This document shows positions 27,519 through 38,229 of a stretch of 60,744 bases of DNA, piece by piece. Below the pieces are notes generated by a model. That model worked only from the letters and a program-made list of their open reading frames with translations, did not search any database and was not told the origin of the DNA. How positions within the stretch are numbered: the first letter of the stretch is position 1; each line of letters begins with the position of its first letter. The stretch spans positions 1 to 60,744 of the forward strand of contig PXSB01000050.1 in the NCBI GenBank assembly GCA_003023185.1. Reading direction: 5' to 3'. The stretch comes from Halobacteriales archaeon QS_9_67_17 (GTDB taxonomy: Archaea; Halobacteriota; Halobacteria; Halobacteriales; Haloarculaceae). The position numbers were made by a program, and so were the translations under genes.

Positions 27519-29195
27519 ATGCGTCACATGGAAGGTCCGCTGCTGTCGGTCGATATCGGCGCTCGGGAGGCGACGACGGAGGCCATCGACGACACGCTCG
27601 CCGAGTTCATCGGTGGGCGCGGCGTCGCCACGAAGCTCGCTCACGACCGCGTCCCGTTCGACGCCGACCCGTTCGGCCCGGAGAACCGCCTCTACCTCAC
27701 GACGGGACCGATGCAGGCCTCACAGATGTCGTTCACCGGGCGGATGTCGCTCACCGGCGTCTCGCCGCTCACCGACGGCCTGCTCTCGTCGAACGCCGGC
27801 GGTTTCATGTCGCGCAACTTCGCCGACACCGGGAACGCCGCCGTCGAACTCGTCGGCGCGAGCGACGAGCTGCTCGCGGTCCACGTCCGCGACGACGGCG
27901 TCACCTTCGAGGAGGTACCCGACCTCGCGGGCGCGGACGTGCCAGCAGTCTGCGATTACATGGCCGAGGAACACGGTCTCGACGACGAGCACGTCGCCTG
28001 TATCGGTCCCGCCGGCGAGAATCAGGTCCGGTTCGCCTGCGTGATGACGAGTCGGTCGCGCGCCTTCGGTCGTGGCGGTCTCGGCGCGGTCATGGGCGCG
28101 AAGAACGTGAAGGCGGTCACCTTCGAGGGCGACGACGCGTTGGACGTGGACCTCCCCGGACTCGGCGGCGATATCCACCGCGAGGCCGCCACCTCCGACA
28201 ACATCATGAAGCGACAGGGGACGGCCTCGGTCACCGATCTCGGCAACGAGATGGAGGCGTTCCCGACCCGCTACTTTTCGGAGCGCTCCTTCGAGGGTGC
28301 GGAACGCATCAACGGCGACGCCGTCGAGTCGAAGAAGTACAAGAAGGGAACCTGCTCGCAGTGTGCCTTCGCGTGCAAGCTCCCAACCCGCGACGAGGAG
28401 CGGGGCGTCGAGACCGAGGGCCCGGAGTACGAGACGATCATGGCCTTCGGCGGCAACTGCGCCGTCGACGACGTGGTCGACGTGATGAAGTCCAACGAGC
28501 TGTGCGACCGGCTCGGGATGGACGTCATCTCCTGTGGCGACACCGTCGCCGCGTATCTCGAAACGCAGGACGCCTTCGGCGACGCGGAGCTGGTCCACGA
28601 GACCGTCGAGCAGATCGCCCACCGCGAGGGCATCGGTGACGTGCTCGCGGAGGGCGTCGACCGCGCCCACGACGAGCTGGGCGTCGAGAACTGGTCGGTG
28701 AAGGGAATGGAGTTCCCCGCACACGACGGCCGCGCGCTCAATGGGCAGGGACTCTCCTTTGCCGTCTCCAACCGCGGCGCGGACCACATGTACGCCACCT
28801 TCTACGCCTACGAGTATCCGCTCGTCTCGCGCGAGGAGGCGTTCGACCCGGATGGAATCGGCAACGAGAAGGCTGAGAAGCTGATCGAACTGGAGAACAC
28901 CCGCGCGCTGGAGGACTGCGGCGTCGTCTGTCGCTTCTCGCGGGGAATGATGACGCCCGAGCGGTTCGCGACGCTGTTCGACGCCGACTTCGAGGAACTC
29001 CTGTCGGTCGGCGGCCGCGTCGTCGAGCTGGAGCGGCACTTCAACAACGAGCGCGGCTTCGACCGCGGCGACGACCAACTCCCGTACGACATCGACGGAC
29101 TCGACGCCGCCCTGTCGCGCTACTACGAGGCGCGCGGCTGGACCGACGATGGCATCGTGCCCGAGCCCGGTCAGTCCCCGACGGCAGCCGACTGA
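27519..29195 (+). CDS. aor: Aldehyde:ferredoxin oxidoreductase family protein
   Basis: IGGRG, SPLT, IGPAGEN, GRGGLGAVMGAKN, CSQCAFAC, GPEYET and NRGADH motifs. Confidence 0.92.
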   Translation: MRHMEGPLLSVDIGAREATTEAIDDTLAEFIGGRGVATKLAHDRVPFDADPFGPENRLYLTTGPMQASQMSFTGRMSLTGVSPLTDGLLSSNAGGFMSRNFADTGNAAVELVGASDELLAVHVRDDGVTFEEVPDLAGADVPAVCDYMAEEHGLDDEHVACIGPAGENQVRFACVMTSRSRAFGRGGLGAVMGAKNVKAVTFEGDDALDVDLPGLGGDIHREAATSDNIMKRQGTASVTDLGNEMEAFPTRYFSERSFEGAERINGDAVESKKYKKGTCSQCAFACKLPTRDEERGVETEGPEYETIMAFGGNCAVDDVVDVMKSNELCDRLGMDVISCGDTVAAYLETQDAFGDAELVHETVEQIAHREGIGDVLAEGVDRAHDELGVENWSVKGMEFPAHDGRALNGQGLSFAVSNRGADHMYATFYAYEYPLVSREEAFDPDGIGNEKAEKLIELENTRALEDCGVVCRFSRGMMTPERFATLFDADFEELLSVGGRVVELERHFNNERGFDRGDDQLPYDIDGLDAALSRYYEARGWTDDGIVPEPGQSPTAAD

Positions 29196-29240
29196 GCCGA
29201 CGGTAGCTCATTGCCGCTGGCGACGCGCGGCGGTCCGTGG

Positions 29241-29455
29241 GGTCGTGTTTGGTTCCGCAATTGCTGGTGAGAGAACCGCTCAGGGTGGGACTGGAAGGGG
29301 CTGCACGCTCGACGAAGACGGGCGACGCAAGGACCGCAGGCGGGAGCGAAGCGACCGACGAGGACCGCAGCGAGTCCATCGAGTCGAGCGTGCAGGGGCT
29401 TCCAAAATCGTCGCAGCCCCTCTCACTGCAACTCCAAGGCCAACCAAACAGCACC
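29241..29455 (-). mobile_element. MITE copy 3 (variant subfamily)
   Basis: Ends GGTCGTGTTTGGTT / AACCAAACAGCACC; exact 8-bp TSD GTCCGTGG at 29233-40 and 29456-63; core GGGACTGGAAGGGG...GGGGCTTCC. Confidence 0.8.
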
Positions 29456-29502
29456 GTCCGTGGCAACCGAACGGCTTTGCGGCTCGAAATCCTACTACTA
29501 AC

Positions 29503-29859
29503 GTGGAGACGCTCGAACTCCCGACCGGCGAGGCGGTGACGCCCGAGGACGTGTTCCACTACGAGGAGTATCCGTACCGGTTCCGGCCGAGCGACGACCC
29601 TGATGTCGCGTTCGTGCTCTCGCCGCTCTACTGGAACGGCGGCGGGATGGACGTGCCCGTGCCGTCGCGCGAGGCGTTCGTCTCGGAGTGGAGCGACCGG
29701 TCGCGGGGCGTGCTCTCGGACTCGGAGTGGGAGGCGTGGGTCGCAGACGCCCGCAAGGACGACCGCTACGACGACGCGGAGATAGACGCCATCGCCGTGG
29801 AACTCGGTCTCGACGACCCCGGCCCCGTCGAGCGAGTCAAGCGCAAGCTCGGGCTTTGA
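29503..29859 (+). CDS. Hypothetical protein
   Basis: Acidic ORF starting at GTG 29503 (ETLELPTGE...YPYRF); the longer track ORF reads through the MITE. Confidence 0.7.
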   Translation: METLELPTGEAVTPEDVFHYEEYPYRFRPSDDPDVAFVLSPLYWNGGGMDVPVPSREAFVSEWSDRSRGVLSDSEWEAWVADARKDDRYDDAEIDAIAVELGLDDPGPVERVKRKLGL

Positions 29860-29909
29860 GTGGGGCGTGCCGTCGGTGGTTTGATACTGGCACGCACGCT
29901 GTATCGGCC

Positions 29910-31415
29910 ATGGCAGACACGACAGGTAACGTCACGAGCGATTCGTACGACGCTCTCCTCGACCGCGTGGAGCGACTCACCCATCTGGAAGACGCCGGCG
30001 GCGTCCTCGGCTGGGACCAACAGGTGACGATGCCGTCAGGCGGCGCACCCGCCCGCGGGAAACAGCTCTCGGCCATCTCGGGGCTCACCCACGAGATGCT
30101 GGTCGACGACGAGATGGCGGAGCTGCTCGACGCGTGTGAGGCGGCCGACCTCGACGCGGCGTCGGCGGCCGTCGTCCGTGAACTCCGGCGGCGACACGAC
30201 CGCGCGACGAGCGTGCCGGGCGACCTCGTGGAACGGCACGCTGCTCGCTCGTCGGACGCACAGGCGACGTGGCAGGACGCGAAGGCCGAGAGCGACTGGG
30301 ACGCCTTCGCGCCGACGCTGGACGAACTCCGCGACCTCCGGGTTGAGCGGGCAACCCACATCGCGCCCGACGACTCCGTCTATCCGACGCTGTACGAGGG
30401 GAGCATGCCGACGCTTCCGCTAGAGACCGTCGAGGAGATATTCGACGACCTGAAAGACGCCCTGATACCGCTCATCGACGACATCACGGCACGCGGTGAC
30501 GACCTCGCGGCACCGTTCGCGCATGAGACGTTCCCCGAGAGCGAGCAGGAGTCGCTGAACCGCGCCGTCGTCGACTTCCTCGGCTATCCGGACGACCGCG
30601 GCCGGCTCGACACCTCGCCGCATCCGTTCACGTCCGGCACGCAGTTCGACGCTCGCATCACCACCCGCTACAAGGAGAAGGACCCGCTCGACGGCCTGAT
30701 GGCGACGATCCACGAGTTCGGCCACGCCACCTACCAACTCGGCTTACCGGACGACGACTACGGCACGCCGCTCGGGAGCGCGCGCGGCGAGGTCCACGAG
30801 TCGCAGTCGCGCTTCTGGGAGAATCACGTCGGCCGTACCCGGGCGTTCTGGGAGACGTTCCTGCCCACGTTCAAGCAGCACCTCTCCGGCGTCGAGGATC
30901 TCACGCCCGAGCAGGCCTACGAGGCCGCGAACCGCATCCACCCCGAGAACTGCATTCGCGTGGAGGCGGACGAGCTCACCTACCACATGCACATCATCCT
31001 CCGCCACGAGATAGAGGCGGAGTATCTCGACGGCGACCTCTCCGTCGAGGAGATCCCCGCGCGGTGGAACGAGAAGATGGACGAGTATCTGGGCGTCACG
31101 CCCGAGAGCGACGCCGATGGACCGCTACAGGATATCCACTGGACCGGTCGCTTCGGCGGCTTCCCGAGCTACACGGTCGGGAGTGTGCTGGCCGCCCAAC
31201 TCACCACGGCGATGGAAGAGGATCTGGACGTGGAAGGGTGTATTCGCGACGGCGCGTTCGAGAAACTGTGGGAGTGGCAGACGGAACATGTCCACCGCCA
31301 CGGCCAGCGGTACACTGCGGACGAACTCGTCGAGGAGGCCACCGGCGAACCGCTGTCGGCCGACGCGTTCGTTGACTACGTCGAGACAAAGTTCACCGAC
31401 CTCTACGGACTCTAA
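29910..31415 (+). CDS. Carboxypeptidase M32
   Basis: WDQQV, HPF, DARITTR, HEFGH, HESQS, IRVEADE and QDIHW motifs. Confidence 0.95.
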   Translation: MADTTGNVTSDSYDALLDRVERLTHLEDAGGVLGWDQQVTMPSGGAPARGKQLSAISGLTHEMLVDDEMAELLDACEAADLDAASAAVVRELRRRHDRATSVPGDLVERHAARSSDAQATWQDAKAESDWDAFAPTLDELRDLRVERATHIAPDDSVYPTLYEGSMPTLPLETVEEIFDDLKDALIPLIDDITARGDDLAAPFAHETFPESEQESLNRAVVDFLGYPDDRGRLDTSPHPFTSGTQFDARITTRYKEKDPLDGLMATIHEFGHATYQLGLPDDDYGTPLGSARGEVHESQSRFWENHVGRTRAFWETFLPTFKQHLSGVEDLTPEQAYEAANRIHPENCIRVEADELTYHMHIILRHEIEAEYLDGDLSVEEIPARWNEKMDEYLGVTPESDADGPLQDIHWTGRFGGFPSYTVGSVLAAQLTTAMEEDLDVEGCIRDGAFEKLWEWQTEHVHRHGQRYTADELVEEATGEPLSADAFVDYVETKFTDLYGL

Positions 31416-31508
31416 GGTTACGTATTCGGGCGGTTTTAGCCGTGCGGCGGGGTCGCGTGCTACCCCGTGGCACACATTTATGTCTCAGTAGTGCGGAGTC
31501 AAACGTGT

Positions 31509-31676
31509 ATGGCAACCGCGAACGACGACATCTTCGACGAGTTCCTCGAGGACAACGGTCACGAAACCGAGACGGCCAGTTGGGAGGAGGACTACAACAA
31601 GAAGCGCTGTCCGGAGTGTGGCGGAGTCCACGAGATGTCGGCAGCCGAGTGTTCGGTGTGCGGTTGGGAACCCTGA
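31509..31676 (+). CDS. CPxCG zinc-finger micro-protein (HVO_0416-like)
   Basis: YNKKRCPECGGVH....CSVCGW. Confidence 0.85.
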   Translation: MATANDDIFDEFLEDNGHETETASWEEDYNKKRCPECGGVHEMSAAECSVCGWEP

Positions 31677-31725
31677 CGGAGGGCGCTCCCGGCGTTGGTT
31701 CTGTGCGACGTGTCCGGTCAGACTG

Positions 31726-33070
31726 TCACACGCCGTACAGCGCGCGGAACTTCTCGTTCGCGTAGTCGACGAACGCGTCCGGGCGTGGACGTTCTCCGTG
31801 AGCCAGTCGTGGAGCGCGTCGAACTCGCCCGCGGCGATGTCCTCGTCCAGACCGGGAAGATCCTCGCTCGCGGCGTCGAACAGCTGTGCGGCCATCACGC
31901 TGCCGAGCGAGTAGGTCGGGAAGTAGCCGAAGGAGCCGTGCGCCCAGTGGATGTCCTGCAGACACCCTTCCGCGTCCGTCTCGGGCGTGACGCCCAGATA
32001 CTCCTCCATCTTCTCGTTCCAGACGGCCGGCACCTCCGACACGTCGAGATCGCCGGCGAGCAGGTCGCGCTCGATCTCGAACCGGAGGATAATGTGCATG
32101 TGGTAGGTGAGTTCGTCCGCCTCGACGCGGATACAGTTCTGCGGATAGATCTGGTTGGCCGCCTCGTACAGTTCGCGGCCGGACACGTCGGTGTCGAGGT
32201 GATCGTTGACTCGACCGGCGTGCGAGTCGAGGAACGTCCGCGACCGGCCGACGTGGTTCTCCCAGAGCCGGGACTGCGACTCGTGGACCGAGAGCCCGCG
32301 ATGCTGGCCGAGCGGGGTGCCGTACTCCTCCTTCGGGAGGCCGAGCGTGTAGGTGGCGTGGCCGAATTCGTGGATCGTGGAGCCGATGGCACCGACGGGG
32401 TCGGACTCGTCGAAGCGCGTGGTGACGCGGGCGTCGAACTGCGTCCCGGACGAGAACGGGTGCGGTGCGGTGTCGAGCCGGCCGTGGTCGTCGGGGTAGC
32501 CGAGATGGTCGAGCGTCGTCTCGGCGAGCGCGAACTGGTCGTCCTCGGGGTACTCGCCGTCGAAGGGGTCCGCGAGGTCGGCGTCGGCGTCGTTCAGTTC
32601 GTCGATGAGCGGCACCAGTTCGTCGCGGAGGCGTTCGAGGATCTCCTCGGCCACGGACAGGTCGAGCCACGGCTCGTAGTCGCCGAACAGCACCTCGTAG
32701 GGGTCGGCATCGGGGTCGATGTGCTCGGCGTACTCCCGCTTCAGGTCGAGCAGCGTCTCCACCTGCGGCGCGAACGTCGTCCAGTCGTCCTCGGCCTTGG
32801 CCTCCTTCCAGACGGGGAGCGCGTTCGAGGTCTCCTCGGAGATGCGCTCGACGAGCGCCGTGGGCACCTTCGCGGCGCGGTCGTGTTCACGCCGGATCTC
32901 GCGGACGACGGCGGCTTCCCGGTCGGGGAGGTCGGCGGCTTCCGCCTCGTCGAGCGCGGCGGCGAACTCGTCGCTCGTGAGGATGTCGTGGCGTCGGCGA
33001 TGTGGGTGGCGCGCTCGTACTGGTCGAGCAGATCGTCGTACGCGTTCGGAACCGTGTCCTGCGTTGCCAT
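31726..33070 (-). pseudogene. Second carboxypeptidase M32 with two deletion/frameshift lesions
   Basis: HEFGH, HESQS and QDIHW are intact. The N-terminus (MATQDT...HIADA) and C-terminus (DAFVDYANEKF) lie in other frames, and the WDQQV segment seen in the paralog is missing. Confidence 0.8.
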
Positions 33071-33110
33071 ACACGGATCGAGGGGGCGGGTGCAAAGAAA
33101 GTCGTCGGTT

Positions 33111-34310
33111 CTATCGGAGTCGCTTCGACACGGCCGCGGCGAGCGTGTCCCCCACGCGGTCGCGGAGCGTCCCCAGCAGGCCACGCGGGACGAACAGCAC
33201 GAACGCGACGAACAGCAGGCCGAGATACAGGCTCGCGTGGCCGTTGAGGAACGTAGCGATGGCCTCGCGGACGGTGAGCCCGTTGAACAGTTCCGTCGCG
33301 AGCGTCCCCTCCGAGAGCCGACCGCGGAGATACGGGAGGAGCCCGCCACCGGCCCCCTCCTTCGAGAGGAACTCGCGCACCGTCTCGTCGAACAGGCGGC
33401 CGTAGATGGGGCCGGCGAGCGTCCCGAAGCCGCCGATGATGGACGCCAACAGCGCATCGCCGGAGACGAGGAAAAAGAGGGAGTTGTCCGGCGCGACCGA
33501 GCGACGGAAACCGGCGAACAGCGCGCCCGCGACGCCGGCGAAGAAGCCGCTGATCGCGAACGCTGCCAGCTTGTACCGGAAGGTGTCGTAGCCGACGGCC
33601 GAGAGGGAGAGCAGGCCAAACAGCCCCTCCACGGTGTCGCCGGTGAGTTGGCCGATGGCGAGGTTCAGCGCGTCAACCCCCGGAACGCCGACGTTGAACA
33701 CGGGGATTTCGCCGCCGCCGGGACCGACGACCGCCGCGCCGTCGCGCGGCGACGAGGAGACGAAGTCCCAGTCGCGGACGAACACGTAGATCACCTGCGA
33801 GAAGCCGAGGGTGATCATCGCGAAGTAGACGCCCGACAGGCGGAACGACACCGCGCCGATGACGAGCGCCAACACCACCGCGAGGAGGCCCGCCAGCACG
33901 ATCAGCAGCATGAACGGCGTGTCGTACGGGAGCGGGAGTTTACCGTTGGCCGCCAGCACGACGAGATACGCGCCGGCCCCGTAGAACGTCGCGTGGCCGA
34001 AGGAGAGATAGCCCGTGTAGCCGGAGATGAAGTCGAAGCTCGCGGCGAACAGACCGAAGTAGAAGACAGCGATCATCGTCTCAACGCGGGGCAACAGCGC
34101 CGTCGCCTCCGCACCGACGGGGCTGGTGACCGCGAGATGGTACAGCCCCGGATACACGACGAAGAAGGCGACGACGGCGAGGTGGACGGCGTGCTCGCGG
34201 AGATACCGTAGCGGCCACGCCGTGGCCGACTCGTGGACGCGGGGAGCCGTCTCGCCGGTCGCGTCGCCCGCTGGCGGGTCCGCCTCCGCGTCGGCATCGG
34301 GGGCGCTAAT
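33111..34310 (-). CDS. livM: Branched-chain amino acid ABC permease (LivM-like); probable internal in-frame deletion; possible ATT start
   Basis: GYTGYLSFGHA, GVYFAMITL and IIGGFGTLAGP present; the FGR..AIRENE segment is missing before AVGYD (about 33600). Confidence 0.75.
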   Translation of the reverse strand: MSAPDADAEADPPAGDATGETAPRVHESATAWPLRYLREHAVHLAVVAFFVVYPGLYHLAVTSPVGAEATALLPRVETMIAVFYFGLFAASFDFISGYTGYLSFGHATFYGAGAYLVVLAANGKLPLPYDTPFMLLIVLAGLLAVVLALVIGAVSFRLSGVYFAMITLGFSQVIYVFVRDWDFVSSSPRDGAAVVGPGGGEIPVFNVGVPGVDALNLAIGQLTGDTVEGLFGLLSLSAVGYDTFRYKLAAFAISGFFAGVAGALFAGFRRSVAPDNSLFFLVSGDALLASIIGGFGTLAGPIYGRLFDETVREFLSKEGAGGGLLPYLRGRLSEGTLATELFNGLTVREAIATFLNGHASLYLGLLFVAFVLFVPRGLLGTLRDRVGDTLAAAVSKRLR

Positions 34311-35319
34311 GGCCGCCCACCTCCGCGACGCCGAACAGCCCCTGCGGCTTGACGACTAGAACGAGCACGAGAATCAGGAAGATGGTCATCTGGGGCAGCC
34401 CCGAGAAGTCGACGGCGTTGACGAACCACCACGTCATCGACGCGTCGACGAGACCGACGAGCAGGGCGGCGTAGACGGTGCCTCGGAACGTCCCCAGCCC
34501 GCCGATGATGACGACGACGAATGCAGGCAGCAGTGTCTCGGAGGCGAGCGGCACGGACGCACCCCAGACGGGGTCCCACGCGAGTAGCAGGCCGGCGACA
34601 CCGGCGATACCAGCGCCGAGCGCGAAGACGGTCGTGAAGACGCGGCGCACGTCGATACCGAGCGCCTCGGTCATCTCGCTGTCCTCGCTGCCGGCCCGGA
34701 CGACCAGCCCGTAGCGCGTCCGGGTGAGGAAGCCCCAGACGGCCGCGACGGTCGCCGCGCCGACGAGTATCTCGAACAGCGCCAGTCCGCTGACGCTCAC
34801 GCCTGCAAATTCGTAGGACGCCGAGAGCGGCCCCGGTTTCGTCCCGAGTGCCGCCTGCCAGTCGGAGATGGGCTGGAGCCCGTAGAAGCTGACGACGATG
34901 CGCGCGGCCTCGTCGAGCACGAGCGTCACGCCGAAGGTGAGCAGTATCTGGTAGATGGGCGGGCGGTCGTACAGCGGGCGGATGAGCCCGACCTCTAGCG
35001 CGCCGCCCAGTCCAGCCAGCGCGCCGAAGACGACGACAACCGCGACGAAGAAGTAGGCGACGCGGGCGAGCGGCCCTGTCGCCTGCCCCACGGCGAGCAC
35101 GAGCACGAGCCCGCCCAGATACGCGCCGAACATCGTCAGCGAGCCGTGCGCGAAGTTGAGTACGCCCATCAGTCCGAAGATGAGTGTCAATCCGCCGGCG
35201 ATCATCGCGTAGAGGGCCGCCTTCGACAGCCCGTTGAGGATCACCTCCGCGAGCGTCGACGGCCGGAGGAACTGCCCGAGCGCGTCGAGGAAGGCGACCA
35301 GCGGCACGGCGAGGCTCAT
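34306..35319 (-). CDS. livH: Branched-chain amino acid ABC permease (LivH-like)
   Basis: GLTLIFGLMGVLNFAHG, TRYGLVVRA and VVIIGGLG motifs. Confidence 0.92.
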   Translation of the reverse strand: MSLAVPLVAFLDALGQFLRPSTLAEVILNGLSKAALYAMIAGGLTLIFGLMGVLNFAHGSLTMFGAYLGGLVLVLAVGQATGPLARVAYFFVAVVVVFGALAGLGGALEVGLIRPLYDRPPIYQILLTFGVTLVLDEAARIVVSFYGLQPISDWQAALGTKPGPLSASYEFAGVSVSGLALFEILVGAATVAAVWGFLTRTRYGLVVRAGSEDSEMTEALGIDVRRVFTTVFALGAGIAGVAGLLLAWDPVWGASVPLASETLLPAFVVVIIGGLGTFRGTVYAALLVGLVDASMTWWFVNAVDFSGLPQMTIFLILVLVLVVKPQGLFGVAEVGGH

Positions 35320-36056
35320 GCGGACAGATACCTCCGTATCTCCTCGTCTTCGGTCACGCCCCGGGTCGCCTCGCCGTCCGCGACGACCTGCCCGTTGTCG
35401 AGTAGGTAGAAGCGGTCGGCCAGATCCATCGCCAGCGGCAGGTTCTGTTCCACGAGCAGTATCGTCGTCTCCTCGGCGACTGCCGCGAGCGCCTCGGCCA
35501 CGTCGGCGACGATTTGGGGCGCGAGTCCCTCCGATGGCTCGTCGACGAGCAACAGGTCGTTGTCGCCGACGAGCCCGCGCGCGATGGCGAGCATCTGCTG
35601 TTGGCCGCCCGACAGCGCGCCGGCGTTGGCGTTCGGTCGCTCCCCCAACGCCGGAAACGTGTCGTAGGCGCGGTCGAGGGCGGCCTGCGTGTCGGCGTCT
35701 GCCGGGGCCGCGATGCGGATATTCTCCGCGACCGTGAGCTGTGAGAACACCCGCCGCTCCTCGGGAATCCAGCCGACGCCGCGACGCGCGACTTCGTTCG
35801 TCGGGCGGCCGGTCACGTCCTCGCCGGCGAGTCGCACCGTCCCCTCGCGGGGCGGCGTCAGTCCGAGGACGCTCCGGAGCGTCGTCGTCTTGCCGACGCC
35901 GTTGCGCCCGATGAGCGCGACGGCCTCACCGCGGTCGACGGACAGCGACACCCCTTCGAGGATGTGGCTCTCGCCGTAGTAGGTGTGCACGTCCGTCACG
36001 TCGAGCAGCGGCGCAGAAGCGTCGGGCGTCGACGCGTCGGCCGCCTCCCCGCTCAT
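35316..36056 (-). CDS. livF: ABC ATP-binding protein (LivF-like)
   Basis: GRNGVGKTT, LSGGQQQML, DEPSEGLAP and LLVEQN. Confidence 0.93.
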   Translation of the reverse strand: MSGEAADASTPDASAPLLDVTDVHTYYGESHILEGVSLSVDRGEAVALIGRNGVGKTTTLRSVLGLTPPREGTVRLAGEDVTGRPTNEVARRGVGWIPEERRVFSQLTVAENIRIAAPADADTQAALDRAYDTFPALGERPNANAGALSGGQQQMLAIARGLVGDNDLLLVDEPSEGLAPQIVADVAEALAAVAEETTILLVEQNLPLAMDLADRFYLLDNGQVVADGEATRGVTEDEEIRRYLSA

Positions 36057-36835
36057 GCGGTCCCCTCCGGCGACGAGTCGTCCTCGGCGAGTTGGCCGGG
36101 TTCGTAGCCGCCGAGATACGCCTCCTGCACCGTCGGGTCGCCCCGCACCTCGTCGGGCGGCCCGTCGGCGATGACGCGCCCGCGATTCAGGACGACGATG
36201 CGGTCGGAGACGTTCATCACGATGTCCATGTTGTGCTCTACGAGCAGGACGGCGTGATCGCGCGCCACGTCCTCGATGAGGTCGATGATGTCGCCGACGC
36301 TCTCGGAGGAGACGCCGGCGTTCGGCTCGTCGAGCAGGAGGACGGACGGGTCGCCCGCGAGCGCGATGGCGACTTCGAGCTGCCGCTTCTCACCGTGGCT
36401 CAGACTCTCCGCGGGTCGCTCGGCCCGGTCGGCGAGTCCCACCCGTTCCAGTATCTGATACGCCTCCTCGTAGTAGCCGTCGAACGCGCCGACGTTGCGC
36501 CAGAGCCGAAACGAGTCCTCGCCGTGGGCCTGTGCGGCGACGCGGACGTTTTCTAACACGCTCGTCGTCGGGAAGACGTTCGTCACCTGATACGAGCGGT
36601 GGAGACCGCGGCGCGCCGTCGCGTCCGGCGACAGGTCAGTCACGTCCTCGCCGTCGAGCGAGACGGTGCCGGTCGTCGGCTCCAGCACGCCCGTCAGCAG
36701 GTCGAAGAACGTCGTCTTACCGGCCCCGTTGGGACCGATGAGCGAGCAGAGTTCGCCGTCGGCGAGCGCGAAGTCGACCGCGTCGACGGCCGTCAATCCG
36801 CCGAACTCCTTCGTGAGTCCCGCGGTCTCAAGCAT
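36053..36835 (-). CDS. livG: ABC ATP-binding protein (LivG-like)
   Basis: GPNGAGKTT, LSHGEKR, LLDEP, LVEH and AYLG. Confidence 0.93.
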   Translation of the reverse strand: MLETAGLTKEFGGLTAVDAVDFALADGELCSLIGPNGAGKTTFFDLLTGVLEPTTGTVSLDGEDVTDLSPDATARRGLHRSYQVTNVFPTTSVLENVRVAAQAHGEDSFRLWRNVGAFDGYYEEAYQILERVGLADRAERPAESLSHGEKRQLEVAIALAGDPSVLLLDEPNAGVSSESVGDIIDLIEDVARDHAVLLVEHNMDIVMNVSDRIVVLNRGRVIADGPPDEVRGDPTVQEAYLGGYEPGQLAEDDSSPEGTA

Positions 36836-38229
36836 TAGAGGCTACAGTCCATCTCCGAGGCGTCCGACGGGATGGTGGTCCGCTCGGCGTCGACCGTCGT
36901 GACGGGCGCGCTCGGCTTGATCGCGGCGTTCCAGTTGTCCTCGTCGTTGACCGTCAGCTCCGCGATACTCATCTGCGAGCGGGCCTGATTGTTGTACTCT
37001 TGGAAGGCGTAGCCGTCGGCCCCCTTCGGCGTGTCGGCGACGACCATCCCGCGCAGTTCGGCGCTGATGTCCGCACTCGCCGTGGAGCCGGACGCCTCGA
37101 CGGCCTGCACGAGTGCCGAGGAGGCGGTGAACGTTCCCGAGGAGAACAGGTCCGGGACGACGCCGTACGCGTCGGTGTAGCTTTCGACGAACGCGCTGTT
37201 GATCTCGTTGTCGTACTGGTTCCAGTGGTAGCGGGTGGTGAACGGCCCGAGCTTCGCGTTCGAGAGTTTCTCCGCCGTGAGCGGCTCGCCGAGCACCTTC
37301 TGGAGCGTCTGCCCGACGATACCGGTCGTGATCTGGGTGGCGAAGCCGCCGAACACCCGGAACGAGTAGTCGCCGTTGAGGAACGTGGTGAACAGTTGCG
37401 GGAGCGTCGCGACGGTGAAGCCGGCGACGATACCCTCCGCGCCGGCGCTTTCGGCGTTGTCGAGTAGTCCCTCCCACTCGGAGTACTCCTGCGGGACGAA
37501 CTTCTTGCCGACGATCTCGATGCCGTTCGCCTCCAGCACGCTCTGATAGTTGTTGACGACCGACCGGCCGAAGGAGTAGTCCGCGCCGAACAGATACACC
37601 TTCGACACGTCGGTGTTGTCGGCGACGTACTGGCCGCCCGAGCGGGCGTCCATGGCCACGTTCTCCGAGGCGCGGAACACGTTCGCCGCGCAGGTGTCGC
37701 CGTTCGACGTGATGTCGGCCGAGGCGGCCGGGCCGACGAGCGTCGTGACGCCGGACTGCTTGGCGACCGTGTTGATGACCCGGGTCGCCGACGCGGAGGA
37801 GGTACAGCCGAACAGCACGTCCACGTCCTCGCTGCTGACGAGGTCCGTCGCGGCCGTCTGTGCCTCGTCCGGATTCAACTGCGTGTCACGTACCAGCAGT
37901 TCGTAGTCGACATCGCCGACCGTCACCGTGTGCGTCCCCGTCTCTGCGGGCGGCGCGAAGTCGTCGTCGCTCTTGTAGCTCAACCCCTGATAGAAGCCCC
38001 ACAGCGCCTGCTCGCCGTAGTACTTGAGGTTCCCCGACACCGGCTGGAGGACGCCGACCTTCACCGTGCCCGACGCCTCGGCGTTCATCGACGTGCTGGT
38101 CCCGTCCGTCCCCGTCGACCCTTCCGTATCGCCGTCGGATTCGCCGCCCGAACAGCCGGCGAGCCCGGCGATTCCGGCCGCGCCGACGCTCGCGAGCATC
38201 CGCCGTCGCGTGTAGCTGTCTCGTCCCAT
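36835..38229 (-). CDS. ABC substrate-binding lipoprotein (Liv family, Tat-exported)
   Basis: TRRRML twin-Arg and LAGC lipobox; DYSFG motif. Confidence 0.9.
   Translation of the reverse strand: MGRDSYTRRRMLASVGAAGIAGLAGCSGGESDGDTEGSTGTDGTSTSMNAEASGTVKVGVLQPVSGNLKYYGEQALWGFYQGLSYKSDDDFAPPAETGTHTVTVGDVDYELLVRDTQLNPDEAQTAATDLVSSEDVDVLFGCTSSASATRVINTVAKQSGVTTLVGPAASADITSNGDTCAANVFRASENVAMDARSGGQYVADNTDVSKVYLFGADYSFGRSVVNNYQSVLEANGIEIVGKKFVPQEYSEWEGLLDNAESAGAEGIVAGFTVATLPQLFTTFLNGDYSFRVFGGFATQITTGIVGQTLQKVLGEPLTAEKLSNAKLGPFTTRYHWNQYDNEINSAFVESYTDAYGVVPDLFSSGTFTASSALVQAVEASGSTASADISAELRGMVVADTPKGADGYAFQEYNNQARSQMSIAELTVNDEDNWNAAIKPSAPVTTVDAERTTIPSDASEMDCSL

Noticed and set aside
31695-34211. 838-aa plus-strand ORF and similar long antisense ORFs throughout the window
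   Set aside because: Antisense shadows of real genes, expected at high GC; they have no motifs and non-host composition.
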